64,000 nt of DNA from Macrostomum lignano (Eukaryota). The notes beneath the pieces were generated by a model that searched no databases, was not told where the DNA came from, and worked only from the letters and a program-made list of their open reading frames with translations. The stretch is from assembly GCA_002269645.1 (NCBI GenBank), contig NIVC01000856.1, positions 1 through 64,000 of the forward strand, written 5' to 3'. Position numbers and translations under genes: made by a program. Within the stretch, counting starts at the first letter, position 1; every line of letters begins with the position of its first letter. Of the stretch, positions 1 through 13,082 are shown piece by piece.

Positions 1-1009
1 GAGTTGCTCAGATGCTTTGAGCCAAAGCTCACAGAGGATCTGATATCTTAGGCCAGGATGCATTTTTGCGTTAAAAATCATTTTCCCTTAAGAAATACTG
101 ATTGTACGCTCGTATAGGTCATACAAACTGCGTGCACAGATACAGAATAGCTATAGATGTGCCACTCAGCACATTTGCGTGCAAGCTACTTTCAGTTCAG
201 TAGTAAGTTAAACTGTAGCATTTTAATGTATTTTAAATACAAGGCTTACATGTACTTATTGGCTTTTATCCCCCCAAGCTTAAACCCTCAAACTCCACAC
301 AGAACCTCTACCCCTGCCCCGCCACCCAATTTTTATTACCTTCCTCGGCTGTTCCAGCCTAAATCTGCCATGTACATTTCAGTGGTTAATTAACTTGCAA
401 GCTTGGGCTTCTAAACTTATTAAAGTCATTTCAGCCGCCTTTATTTTGATAAAATAGCTTACGTATTCTTCATTGCTACTGAACTGAAAGTAGAAAGCTG
501 TTTTGCTAAGTATATATGCCTGAGTGGCCTATCTAGTTATTCTAATATCAGTGCCTGCATGAAGTTAATTTAAGCATTTTACTTACAATACTACTTAATT
601 TATTACTTAAATTACAGAAACAGTAATTTAGAGTTTTATGCCCGACTAAACTGAAAACCTCCGATCTCCTTCTGTTTTACAAGCCGTGCATAATGAGGGT
701 AGTGTAGTGCAAGAAGCTGGGCGTGCCTCATCAATGCAAAATAAACTGCTCACCTCATTAGTTTCAGCAATTAGCGAGAGTAGCTGAGAGCGCCATGACT
801 CATTCGCAAATTTTGCCCAAGGCTTAGAGGCGACGAGCTAAGAAGTTTGTCCAGATCCGCACAGGAGGTATTCCAGCTTCTAAGCATTCTAGAGCTTCGA
901 GGAAGGGAGTAACGAGCCCATCATCGCACATACCCACCAACGCAAACATTATTTCACAAGGCGGCTTTTTTATGACACCGAAACTTCAATCGTACAGATG
1001 CTTCTTATT

Positions 1010-1300
1010 AGGGAGAAATGGCGCCCCTCACTCAAATGAAATGGCGCCCTCACTCAAATGAAATGGCGCCCCTCACTCAAATGAAATGGCGCCCCTCACT
1101 CAAATGAAATGGCGCCCCTCACTCAAATGAAATGGCACCAATTCACTCAAATCAAATGGCACCGGTTCACTCAAATGAAATGGCACCAATTCACTCAAAT
1201 CAAATGGCACCAATTCACTCAAATGAAATGGCACTAATTCACTCAAATCAAATGGCACCAATTCACTCAAATGAAATGGCACCTATTCACTCAAATCAAA
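1010..1300. repeat. Minisatellite, 22-24 bp unit (CACTCAAATGAAATGGCGCCCCT grading into CACTCAAATCAAATGGCACCAATT)
   Basis: About 12 tandem units read directly; the unit variant shifts along the array. Confidence 0.9.
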
Positions 1301-2096
1301 CGGTGTATACAATAAACGGGCGCAGCCCCATTAAGGCATATAGCTAACGGCATGATCTGTCTGACAAATCCGTGCTTCTGATTGGCTGGCGCAGGTCACG
1401 TGATGCAAATCACAAATACTAAAGTCTCTGTAGGTGTATTAAAATGCAGAAAGACAAAAGCAAGTTAAGAATTTAATTTTTTAACATTGATCAAAAACAA
1501 CAGTCAGCATAGCCTGGGTCACTAGCCGGAGACAAATCTATTCTTCTATTCTCTATACCTGTAGTCTGTGTATAATGAAACAACAAATACAAAAACAAAT
1601 CAGAAATCATATATCAAACAAAAAGTCAATACTCGAATCTGAAAAGCAAAGCTGTCAGGATAGCAAATACTAATTTATCAATACATGTACACTATAGGTT
1701 GCTAATGACGCACCTGGCGACATAGCAACAAAACTAATTAGTAAATAGCTTACTGAAGTACAGCGACGGAGTGAGTGCTCAGTAAGACGTTGCGCCAGGA
1801 TGCCAATCAAGCTAACCTTGCGAGCTGTTTTCCCCATTTCTTCCGACTAAGCCGACATCAGCTTTATGAAATATGAAATCGCAAATGGAATTAATAGGAT
1901 TGAAGAATACAAAATCAAGCTAAATGGATTGGACTGTGAGACTAGGATTAGAAACAAATAAACGTCATCGCGTCAACAACTGCTGTCACAGGACAATGTC
2001 TGACAGCTGTGTCAAGGGAACAGGTGCTAAAATACCAGGTAGCTATCTGTGAGCACGGGAGCAGCTGGTCTCAGTCCTGCTCCTGCGGTTCGACCG

Positions 2097-2490
2097 CTAA
2101 CTCGGCGCTTTCCCGATCCCCGCCGCCGTCTTTGATGCCGCCGCCTTTGCCGCCGCTGGCACCTTCGACCGCGCCTTAGCCGCCGCACGTTCAGCGCGTT
2201 CCGCTTTGGCCTCGGCCGCTTCGGCCGCCGATTCAGCGCTGGTCGCCTCGGATTCGGCCGCTTCGGCGAGCGCTCGCGCTTCGTCTGCGCGTTGCCGCGC
2301 CTCCTTAGCGGCGGCCCGAGCGGCGTCGGCTTCGGAGCGCGCCTCGCTGGCGGCCAGTTCAGCTTTCGCCGCAGCCTCGGCCGCGTCCGACGCGTTGTTG
2401 GCTTCGTCTTTGAGTCGCTGCTGGCGGAGCTTGGCGCATTCGGGCTTGTGCACCGGCCAGTTCAAGCGCTGACAGCGGGATCCGCAGTAT
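2097..2490 (-). CDS. ANKMY2: ANKMY2 exon 4 (last): second half of MYND zinc finger plus Ala/Glu/Lys/Arg-rich tail
   Basis: Acceptor ctcag|A at 2491/2490 completes the Lys codon split from exon 3 (AA|A). It then reads YCGSRCQRLNWPVHKPEC (MYND C-terminal half) to a TAG stop at 2099-2097. Confidence 0.9.
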
Positions 2491-2539
2491 CTGAGGTTGG
2501 ATGGCGATGAGCAGCAAGTTGCGGGGCTCGTTTGTTGAT

Positions 2540-3520
2540 ACTTAAAATTAATTGAACACGCACCGAATGCGTGACATGGTTCGCGCCTGGACAAATGACC
2601 TTGAATCACGTACTGATATGGTTAATTTCTGTCAAATGACCTTGAACTAACATCAGAGAGTTTGGTATGATCATTTTGCTTTTCTCTTTCCGTCGGGCTG
2701 GTTTGTAGATAAATTACAACTAAACAGGCACAGAATGCGTGACATGGTTTGCGCACGGACAAATGACCTTGAATCACGTACTGATGTGGTTAATTTCTGT
2801 CAAATGACCTTGAAACACGAACGGGATGCATGCTCTTGCGCGCATTTTGATGATCGACCTTGAACTAAGATCAGAGAGTATGGTATGATCTTTTTGCCTG
2901 TCTCTTTCCGCAGAAGTCGTTTGTTGATAAGTTACAATTAAACATGCACCGAATGCGTGACATGGTTCGCGCCTGGACAAATGACCTTGAACCACGTATT
3001 GATATGGTTACTTTCCGTCAAATGACCTTGAAACACGAACGGGATGCATGCCCTTCCTCGTTATCACACATTTCTTACGACACATTAAAATCTCGCATCG
3101 ACTGTGTATTCATGTTTTTTTGCTCGCTGACCTTGAACCACGTTTGCAGAATGCATGCTCGTATCTACTAGTTTGTTTTGTGACGAAAAGGCCTTCAGTC
3201 ACAAGGTCAGGTGATACAGTTGATTTCTATGGAATGATCTGAACCATGCAAAAAGTTGAGTACGTTGCTTACTAGATTGTTACTTTTTTACATAACTCAT
3301 ATGCAGTATTACTCACAAAAACTCTCAGACAAGCATATATCGGTTATTTTCTGTCAAATGACCTTTAATCACGCATAGGATGCGTGATTTTCTTTCATCA
3401 ACCCGCAAATGACCTTGAAGAAAAACGTTCAACAAAACAGCCTTGCATCACGCACAAGACGCGCGTCTGAATGCCATTTAATCAGCTTTCTGACCGATGA
3501 CCTTGAACCACGCACATAAC
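2540..3520. repeat. Degenerate repeats with core TGACCTTGAA(T/C)CACG in ANKMY2 intron 3
   Basis: Many imperfect copies of aatgaccttgaa..cacg and duplicated blocks such as gaatgcgtgacatggttcgcgcctggacaaatgaccttgaa at about 2565, 2735 and 2951. Confidence 0.7.
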
Positions 3521-3582
3521 ATAATGCGTGCTATTTTATGAGATGGATAAAGTAACAAGTATTTTTTAGCTCTCAGACTCAC

Positions 3583-3875
3583 TTGACAACTCGACAGCCA
3601 GCGCAGTGCCGACAGCCAATAAACTGATCGCAGACTTCGCAAGCGTCCTGATCAGCAAAGAACTGCTGCCCGTTGACGGCTCCATTGAGCACACTAACCG
3701 CTGTCGGCCGACAACCAAGACGGCTGCTCGCTAGACTGCGAATCATAGTACGCAACAGGTTGCTCTCCGTGTAGGGATACTCGCGAAGAACGCGCCGGAT
3801 CAGCTCTTCGGAACCGCGGCCGGCCCGGGCCGGTCCGACTGGCTGAGTCAGTCGGCGCAGCGCTTGGTCCAGCGA
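3583..3875 (-). CDS. ANKMY2: ANKMY2 exon 3 (absent from ORF track): linker and first half of MYND finger
   Basis: Acceptor ttccag|TCG, donor AA|gtgagt, 293 nt, phase 0 to 2. Reads SLDQALRR...IRRVLREYPYTESNLLRTMIRSLA...PTAVSVLNGAVNGQQFFADQDACEVCDQFIGCRHCAGCRVV, matching the vertebrate ANKMY2 segment IRKFPYCEATLLQQLVRSIA...PTAFSVLTQAITGQ. Confidence 0.9.
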
Positions 3876-3931
3876 CTGGAAGGAATCGATTTTTAAACGC
3901 GCGTTGCGCTTATCATAGAACTAGGAAGGAC

Positions 3932-4471
3932 AGCGCTTATCGTAGAACACTATGGATAGCAGCGCTTATCGTAGAACACTATGGATAGCAGCGCTTATCG
4001 TAGAACACTATGGATAGTAGCGCTTATCGTAGAACACTATGGATAGCAGCGCTTATCGTAGAACACTATGGATAGTAGCGCTTATCGTAGAACACTATGG
4101 ATAGCAGCGCTTATCGTAGAACACTATGGATAGCAGCGCTTATCGTAGAACACTATGGATAGTAGCGCTTATCGTAGAACACTATGGATAGTAGCGCTTA
4201 TCGTAGAACACTATGGATAGCAGCGCTTATCGTAGAACACTATGGATAGTAGCGCTTATCGTAGAACACTATGGATAGTAGCGCTTATCGTAGAACACTA
4301 TGGATAGTAGCGCTTATCGTAGAACACTATGGATAGCAGCGCTTATCGTAGAACACTATGGATAGCAGCGCTTATCGTAGAACACTATGGATAGCAGCGC
4401 TTATCGTAGAACACTATGGATAGCAGCGCTTATCGTAGAACACTATGGATGGTAGCGCTTATCGTAGAACT
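3932..4471. repeat. Minisatellite, 29 bp unit AGCGCTTATCGTAGAACACTATGGATAG(C/T), about 19 copies, ANKMY2 intron 2
   Basis: Head-to-tail near-identical units; period measured 3961 to 3990. Confidence 0.95.
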
Positions 4472-4547
4472 ATGATTAGCACAGGACTAAAATAAAGAGC
4501 GTAGGCTCATCCTCAGCCTCATCAGCTCATCCATCAGATCAGCTCAC

Positions 4548-4801
4548 CACTTGTTCATCATCCTTTCCGGACTCGACTCGACAGCGCTCCCACTCAGCCA
4601 GCAGGTGTCGAACAGCCACTGCCAGGTAAAAGAATTTTATACTCAATACTTCGTTGAGATCGCGGCGCTTCCATTGAGACTCGGAGAGCAGCTCGAGGAC
4701 GCGCGGTACAGCCGGATTCAGCAGAGCCGGTCGCAATTCCAGCGTGTAGCACAGGTGAGCGGGGTTCAGATTTACGTCAGTAACTAGCATCCAGGTGTCC
4801 T
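4548..4801 (-). CDS. ANKMY2: ANKMY2 exon 2
   Basis: Acceptor ccctag|AG, donor GTG|gtgagc, 254 nt, phases consistent with both neighbours. Reads EDTWMLVTDVNLNPAHL...KRRDLNEVLSIKFFYL (cf. ANKMY2 TNLHPV...KQRDMNEVLAMKMHY). Confidence 0.88.
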
Positions 4802-4856
4802 CTAGGGCAAATATTGGGGTTTAAGTGTTGAGAAAAGCTTTAAAATAAGCTTGAAT

Positions 4857-5385
4857 AGCGCACTGCATTCATGCTTGGAGTAAGAGCATTGGCAAATGAC
4901 CTTGAATCAAGCAATACATTCATGCTTGGAGTAAGAGCATTGACAAGTGACCTTGAATCACGCACTGCATTCATGCTGGGAGTAAGAGCATTGACAAGTG
5001 ACCTTGAATCACGCACTGCATTCATGCTGGGAGTAAGAGCATTGACAAGTGACCTTGAATCACGCACTGCATTCATGCTGGGAGTAAGAGCATTGGAAAG
5101 CGACCTTGAATCACGCCCTGCATTCATGCTTAGAGTAAGAGCACTGGCAAGTGACCTTGAATCACGCACTGCATTCATGCCTGGAGTAAGAGCATTGGCA
5201 AGTGACCTTGAATCACACACTGCATTCATGCTTGGAGTAAGAGAATTGGCAAGTGACCTTGAATCACGCCCTGCATTCATGCTTGGAGTAAGAGCATTGA
5301 CAAGTGACCTTGAATCAAGCACTGCATTCATGCTTAGAGTAAGAGCATTGACAAGTGACCTTAAATCACGCACTGCATTCATGCA
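4857..5385. repeat. Minisatellite, 51 bp unit, about 10 copies, ANKMY2 intron 1
   Basis: GCACTGCATTCATGCTGGGAGTAAGAGCATTGACAAGTGACCTTGAATCAC repeated; this explains the 17-aa periodic ORFs 4840..5382 and 4871..5404. Confidence 0.95.
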
Positions 5386-5425
5386 AACAGAAGAGAATCG
5401 ATAAAAAACCGTGAATCAAGCTCAC

Positions 5426-5933
5426 CAAGCAAATGAGGCGGCAATTTCGGCTCAGTCTCCAGACCGTGACAACGTGTATAATGCTCCAACTCTTCACGCT
5501 CAAAATAGTTGCCAATTAGCGAAGCAATCCGGTGGTGCCCAACAAAGGCGGCCATCTGGGATGCCGTGCGGCCGAGTCGGTTTGTTTTGTAGGCCCGGGC
5601 GCCGCGACGCAGCAGGGAGAGTACAGTTGGCTCAGAATTGCTGAGTGCGGCAAACATCAAAGCGGTGTAGCCATGCTCGTGACCATCCCAGTTGACATCG
5701 GCCTTGCCAGTATCAACTAACAAAGCCACCAGATCGGCGCGGGCTTTGAAGGCTGCATGCAGCAGCGGCGTCATGCCCTGGTCATCTGGCAGGTTTGGAT
5801 CGGCTCCAGCTAGCAGGGCCAGGCGGGCTGCTTCCAGGCCGCTGCCTGACTCAGCTGAGGCTGCGAGAATCAGCGAGTCCTGGGGTGAATTTGCCTGCAA
5901 ATTTAAGGGGAAATACTTGAGTTTGCTTTTCAT
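5426..5933 (-). CDS. ANKMY2: ANKMY2 exon 1 (ankyrin repeats); true start uncertain
   Basis: GMTPLLHAAFK, HEHGYTALMFAALS, GRTASQMAAFVGHH and GLETEPKLPP are diagnostic of ANKMY2/DAF-25. Donor CTT G|gtgag at 5426/5425. The ATG at 5933 is in frame, but ttaaatttgcag|gca near 5895 looks like an acceptor, so a small upstream exon is possible. Confidence 0.9.
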
Positions 5934-6510
5934 GCTACGAGTAGGCCTATGCTGTGATTTCTATTTCAATTTTTATACAAATTTCATAAAGTCAAGCAGT
6001 AAAAAATGACAAATTATAACTACTGAATCATGGAGTCTAGAACTAAAAGACAATGACAATTGACAACCATGTATAAATGCAGCATATGGAATCTCTGAGC
6101 CATTATTTTTTCCAATATACTCGTACATGAAAGTTGCGATTTTATGAAATATATATCATATAACCTACTTTTATATATTTGCAACTTAAGTGTGATTCTA
6201 GTGTAAAAAGTGGTGTATATATATATATATATATACACCATATATACATATATTGCTTATATATATATATATATAAGCAATATATAAATATATATATAAG
6301 CAATATATACAATGCTTTTAATGCTTACCTAGTAAGATATAAGAAATTTGTTACTTTTCCAATAAACTAATAAAAGTATACATAGTTTAATTTCTTAAAA
6401 TTTAAAATATATGTAAGCCTAATAAAAAAGAGTGAGATCAAAAGAGCCTTTAAAGAGATCTTATTTACAGGAATAATTTTGCTCCCTACTTATTGGACAC
6501 CCTTCTTAAA

Positions 6511-7051
6511 GGCTACCAGTCACTTTGGCAATAAGAGATTTTGGCAATGGACACTTTGGTGACAATTTTGGGACAAAGAAATTTTTTGGCAACAGTTATT
6601 GCCATATTGGGGACAAAGAAAGAGAAATTTTAGCAAAAAGCCTACAATATAAATTTAGGAATAAGTATTGATTTGACAAATGATTTATATTTCTATTTCA
6701 CTTTTTCAAAGGTAAAATGAACTATAAAAAAGGTCACAAAGATAATAATTTTTATTATAAAAGTAAAATGAAAATAAAAGTCAGCCATGCACTTCATTAA
6801 AACAGTTAAAAAACTTACTGGTTTCAAAATTGAATAAAAGTCATTAAAATAAAATAAACTGAAGTAATCAATCTATTTAAGTATCAAGCAAGCAGTAGCT
6901 GTAAATCTTTATTTTGTTAAATTGATATACCTGGAGAATTTGCCCAAATGGCCTTACATTGTCACCAAAGACAAAAGTGACTGTTGCCAAAATGTCTTGT
7001 TGCTAAAATGTCCATCGCCAAAATGTCCTGTCACCAAAGTGACTGGTAGCC
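6511..7051. mobile_element. Non-autonomous TIR element (foldback/MITE-like), 541 bp
   Basis: Perfect 18-bp TIR GGCTACCAGTCACTTTGG (6511-6528) / CCAAAGTGACTGGTAGCC (7034-7051), plus inverted subterminal TTTTGGCAA-type subrepeats. No convincing TSD. Confidence 0.7.
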
Positions 7052-7596
7052 TGCTAAAGTAGGACACTGGATTGCTAGTATTATCTGAAAGCTAATTGAG
7101 ATAAACAATTAATAGCTTAATTTTTTTTAAACTATATAAATTACAAAATATTTTTGAGAAATAATAAGCAATCTATATATTATTATACAACATTTTATAA
7201 ATTATATTTTAATTTCACAAAATTCTTAGGACTTAGATCTATGCTGGCCTATACTAAATGGTAGGCCTCCCTATTCTAAACTTTAAGTTATTGTTATTTT
7301 AACATTATGTTATGGATATTTTAGGAAAGAATTAATTTATATCCATAGTCTTAATCATGCTGGGTACATGCCTAAACAAAAATTGAATAATTACAAATGC
7401 ATGCCAAAAAATTGAGTGCATGCTCATTATCAAAACTATGCCGGGCAACAATAAATGACCTTTTTTGCATTGTGACAATAAATGACTTTTTTAATTGTGT
7501 ATTGGACCTTTTTTGTAAATAATTCAGTTGATTTTTCTACTTTTTTATGATATTATTTATAGTGGCAAATTGATGCATGCAAAGATTTGTTCAAAT

Positions 7597-10314
7597 TAGG
7601 GGGCGACCCAGTCCCGGGCCCGGGCCCGAAAAGTCGGGAATCCCGACCAAAATCGTGGCCCGACCCGGGCCCGGGCCCGAACCTAAAAAAGTCGGGAAAT
7701 CGGGACAAGTCTTTTTTCCCTAAAGGCACTAACCGCGTGCGAATAAGAAAAAATTATTTTTCAACACATTCACACTAATTTACCCTTAATGCATGCCCCA
7801 GGAAAATGCAACTGCAACTGCAAGGCATGACTGCATGAGGCATCTCTGTCTCTGGTCGGTCACTGACCTCACCTCGACCTCACGATTCGACTGCCCTGTC
7901 TATCCGACGCCGCTCTGCCCTAGTGACCTTTGGAACAACCCAATTGAGACGTCCACCTTCCTGGAGTCGACCTTCCTCGGCGGGCTGGGACCCGAGCCGT
8001 AGGTTAATACACACACACCTCGACCTCACCTGACCTGACTGTGAGCGGTCTGTGATTCTATGAAGCTGTCGGTCACTCACTGTCACTGGTGACTGGTGTC
8101 AGTCAAGCTCAAGCCTGTCTGCCCTGCCCCGGCTGTCCGTGAAGTTCGGTGATGTCTGGTGCTGCTCCCATCCCGATTCCCGATGTCCAGTCCAGGTCCA
8201 GGCTGCCAAGTCAGAGTGCCAATGCCGACTCCCGTTCCCGTTCCGTCACCGTCCTGAGTCTTGGACAGCTGGACTCCTGTCCTGAGTCCTGACTCCCACT
8301 CGAGCTTGAGTCAAGTAACCCACTCACTTAACTAAACAGTCAGATTCGAATTTTCGAGTGTACATGTACGACAATAAAATTACATACTGTTCAAAATTGA
8401 TGATACATATCATACAATATACATACAATATAGATATATGTATATATATATATGTAATACTGATAGACTGATAGTGATATCATATCTGATACCGATTTAT
8501 TGAAATTGACATCGTAAAAGATTACTGACTTCTGAGTTTTGACTTTTTCCTTTTTTATCACTTTCGTTTCGTCTGGACTCCTGGAGTGGAGAAGAGAAGT
8601 TGAGTGGAGGCCGAGGCCCGAGGGTGGACTGGACTGGACTTTGAACTTTCTGGGCTCGTGGAGTGGAGTTGTGTCGTGTCTGAGGCGTGAGTCGTGACTT
8701 GTGACTGATTCGTGATTCGCGAGTTTTGTTTTGACCGTGACGGTGACTCGTGATTGTGTAGTGACTCGTGAGTCGTGATCGTGACTCCGTAAGTGACGGA
8801 CTACAGACGGAGTGCTAAAAATCACTGCTAGGCTAGTGCTATAAGTATCGAGTAATTATTACTGTCACTTTCGTTAGAATTATACAGTGTAGTGTAGTGT
8901 ACTCTAATCAATAATCATTTCCTCGTCATCCGTCATGTCAGGTCAGTGGTCAGGACTCAGGACTCAGGATCAGGACAGCACAACACTCAGTTAAGCATCG
9001 CATCAGTAATAGTAATAGATTTAGTATATTTAGATGATATGATGTGAAGTAGCAATATCATTGATTCGTAGTAGGCTCTTAGCGTGAGCGTCTGTGACCG
9101 TGAGCGTCAGCCACAGCCAGTTTCCACTTTCCAGGAAGATCGGATTTTTTTCCAGGAAGATAAAATTAAAACATAGTTTTGCAATACTTTTTTGCAATAT
9201 TGATTCCACTTTACACGCTGCAGGCTGCAGCCTAAAAGCAAAAATATGATTCTTTAAAAAGTTTATTTGTCATTTTTAAGCTTTTGTAAATAACATTTCC
9301 TATTTACATTCCAAGAAGGCTACCATTTTTCCAAGAAGTTTGCTATCTATTAGAGTTTGTAATCGTGTTCATATTTGTATCGTAGGTAGTCGTAGTCGTA
9401 GACTTGTAGTATCGTATTCGTAATCATATTCGTTTAAGTAGGTAGGTGAGCAGGTAGGCAGGTATCAGCTAATTACTTGTATTTCCATTGTCTGTTTGCC
9501 TGTTCTGTTGAGACAGTTGAGTGTTGTGTTGTGTTGTCACTTCACTTGTGTTCTGTTCTGTTATCTTGTCTTGTTGTCTTACTGAATACTGACTGTGTAC
9601 ATGGCTCTTTACATTGAAGCTATGTAAAGGAACTAAAAATTCAAATAAAAGAATCAATCAATTGATTTGGTTCTTACTTCCTTACTGCTTCCAATGCCAA
9701 GTGCCTTACACTTAATGCTTCAGCTTTTCTTCTTTTGCTTACTGCCACTGCCAGTGCCAGCCGCACTGCCGCAGTGACTGCTTGCCTACCTCACTGCTTG
9801 TTAGTATCACTGTCACTGGCACACACACAGTACTTGTGCCACACACTCACACAGTGACATTGAATTTGAACTATTGAGTATATTGATATTTGAGTATTAA
9901 GTCTTTTAATGTAACTCTTATCTTATTCTGAAGTCTTAACTAATGTATTAAATAATAATAATATTTATTGTATATTTATTATATTTAAATTTAAATATTT
10001 ATTATATTTAATATAATATATTATATTTATTATATTTATATATTATTATATATTTAATATATTTATATATTATAATATATTTAATGTTTATCATATATTT
10101 ATTATACATTTAATATATTATATTAAATTTAATATATTGATATATTTATTATATATTTAATAGTAATCCGCATATGCTAAAAGTATTAAGATTTATTATG
10201 ATTTTTTTCCAATTATTGAGCTGTCCTAAAGATCTTGTCCCGAATTCCCGAGGCCCGACCCGGGCCCGAGTCCTCATTCCCGGGCCCGACTTTGGCCGTC
10301 CCGGTCGCCCCCTA
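7597..10314. mobile_element. Non-autonomous hAT-superfamily DNA transposon, 2718 bp
   Basis: 12-bp TIR TAGGGGGCGACC / GGTCGCCCCCTA; exact 8-bp TSD GTTCAAAT at 7589-7596 and 10315-10322; CCCGGGCCCG/CCCGA subterminal repeats at both ends; no intact transposase ORF. Confidence 0.9.
9945..10165. repeat. AT-only low-complexity tract inside the hAT element
   Basis: Almost exclusively A/T (TATAT/TTAAT) for about 220 bp. Confidence 0.85.
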
Positions 10315-12212
10315 GTTCAAATGCTTAATTGCAAACTTACAAAAACCCAGAAAGCTTAACATTTACACTTAAAATGAACTTTTTTCATCTTTTTCTACTT
10401 TAAAATAACTCTTCCATTTGATTTTATAGTGCTATGCACATAAAGTATGCACATGATATACACTAGGCCTATTTTCTTAGAAGTGATGCATGCCAACTAT
10501 GCACACCTAATTTTGGTATGCAAGGCCAATACATGCCCAAATTTTTGGGCATATACAACATGATCTAGAGTGTGGATTCATATGTCCATTTCTGAGCTAT
10601 ATAGGCCTAGGTATGATGGATGCACGCAAATTTGGCGACAAACAAATTTGGTGACAGAGATTCACAATGGACTAATTTGGCAAAAGTGAATTCGGCGACA
10701 ATCTTGGCTAATTGGGCAATATGTCTTTTTATAGCTAGCCTAAAGACAAGTTAAAGCAAATTACATAAAAAGGCTTTCTTACAATACATGTGAAAGTTTA
10801 AAAAATGTGAAATCATGCCTGCATAAGCGTGTTAAAGCAACTGAAAAATTGTTTTGTTAAATTGGACATCCCACGTCTTGAGAAATGTAAGTGGTGAATG
10901 GGGGCCACTTGACATATTTTAATTTTGTTATTTTTCTTTGCATGGCATATTTTTGCGAATTCCTTCCCCGACATTGTGAACAATGGAAAGACCTTATTAG
11001 GCATACGAGAACATCATTTTTCATATGCCCATGAACCATAGAAGTTACATACAACCTGGTTTCTGCACTGTAGTCTGTATATTTAAAAAATCACGAGACA
11101 CTAGAACTACGGCGAAAGTTAATAAACAAGTTTAACACTGAGACTTAGGAATAATATTCTTTTGCAAAGTCTGCAACAGACTTTTTACCTACTTCCCATA
11201 GTCTACGAACCCCATTCCACAAACAAGTTATTAGTTAACAACATGAGATAGGGTTTTGCTAATAATGATAACAAGTAAGAATTTGTTCGCTTGATTACTG
11301 ATTTATTAGCTTGTTTGCTTGATGTATCTGATAACTGATTTAATTAATTTTCACGCCGAAATGATGGATTATGGCGCCGTACCCCCAAATTCAACATAAT
11401 TTCCAAACGCGTAGATTCAAAACGTTCTTGTAAAATAGTGATGTTGAAAAAATATAAGCATATGTACATGGAATAACAAAATGTATAGGTTTGACGTTTT
11501 CTGAACGAAATCTCGCTTATCTTAAGACACTTTATTTACTTAGAAAGTTAAAAACGGTGAGTTCTGCAATTTAAATTACGTGTTTTTATAGATTTGTTTT
11601 CGTCATTCTTCTGAAAAAAGATGTTTCTAGAAAGTTCTTAATCATGCATCATCGTCGACTCTGGATGGTGTCAGTTAGGGCCTTATTGTTCATATTGCTT
11701 GTTTTGGTTCCATAACCAGATCCAATTTATAAAGTATAACTTTACCTCCTAAACTAGAGGGATATATTGTATCGAATAGGAATTGAATAGCAGTAGCCAA
11801 TAAGCAAAGAAAGTGAAAAATCATGTAGAGTGAGTCAAACATTCAAGAAATTAAAAAAAAAATAGTTACTCCTTTTTCTCTTGGCCTTAGCCTCTTAGGC
11901 CTTAAGCCTAGTTAATAATATAAATGAAATTTTTTCCCGTGGCTATAATAAATAGGCCTAGCTAAATTGCTGTTTTGCTTTTTAACCTACAGTGACTATA
12001 AAAAACCATATTGCTAGGCTACTTGCCTACTTATTGTTTTGTTATATGGTTATATCATTGATATAGCATGTTGCGCATGTATATCAAGCTTAACCCTTAA
12101 ATCCACATATGAGCATAATTGTTTTATGCATTGACTATGAAAATAATAGGTCTAGTTTTTCTCTTTGTATAATCTTCATAATAATAGCAATGCCAATGGC
12201 CCTATTTAATTT

Positions 12213-13082
12213 CGCGATGACTAGGGACATGGCGGCCATGCCTCTAACTCTATGTCTAAGGACACGGCCGCCGTGTCCCTAGCTACTGCACTACTCTGTG
12301 CCTAGAGCCACGGTGGCCATGTCTTTAGCTGTGTGGACTTGTAGCACAGCCACTGTGTCCCTAGCTCTGTGTATGGGGACATGGTGGCCATGTTCCTAGT
12401 AATCTACCACTCACATGCCTGGGGGCATAGCGGTTGTCTCTGAACAATGGGCTTTAAATGCAACATGATTTGATACATGTATGTAAGGTAGCTCAAATGT
12501 CGCCGGTAGTGTCAATACAAACGGTCAAATATTGTGTCAATCCAATATATTAAAACTCCTTTTAAATTATACTAGTATATCGCACAAGTATACTGTGTCG
12601 TGGAATGCGCAAACTTGTTCAATTTTTGTTTTATTTATTATTGCTTTTTTCGATGCATATACATATCTCGAGCATTTTTGTTGAAATTGACTGTTTGCAG
12701 AAATATAATTTAAGAATTGAACTTCTTACCTACCATGCCTAGAGTACCTTACAAAAATACATGTAGCGCCATGCAATTATTTTATATATATGTATGTTAG
12801 TGCATCCAACATAGAATGGGGCGGTTAGCGGATGCATATACAGCATGATAATATTAGTATATATACATGTAGATAATTGATTGAGTGGTAGATTACTAGG
12901 AACATGGCTGCCATGTCCCCATACACAGAGCTAAAGACACGGCGGCCGTGCCGCGAGTCCACACAGCTAAAGACACGGCTGCCGTGGCTCTAGGCACAGA
13001 GTATCGTGGTAGCTAGGGACACGGCGGCCATGTCCTTAGATATAGAGTTAGAGGCATGGTCGCCGTGTCCCTAGTCATGGCG
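12213..13082. mobile_element. Mutator (MULE)-like MITE, 870 bp, with about 200-bp TIRs
   Basis: Arms 12213-12413 and about 12880-13082 are inverted copies (CGCGATGACTAGGGACATGGCGGCC... / ...GGTCGCCGTGTCCCTAGTCATGGCG). Exact 9-bp TSD ATTTAATTT at 12204-12212 and 13083-13091. Confidence 0.88.

Noticed and set aside
3932-4471. 29-bp repeats (and the 30-bp arrays elsewhere) as CRISPR arrays
   Set aside because: Units are head-to-tail with no unique spacers, there are no cas genes, and the context is a eukaryotic intron.
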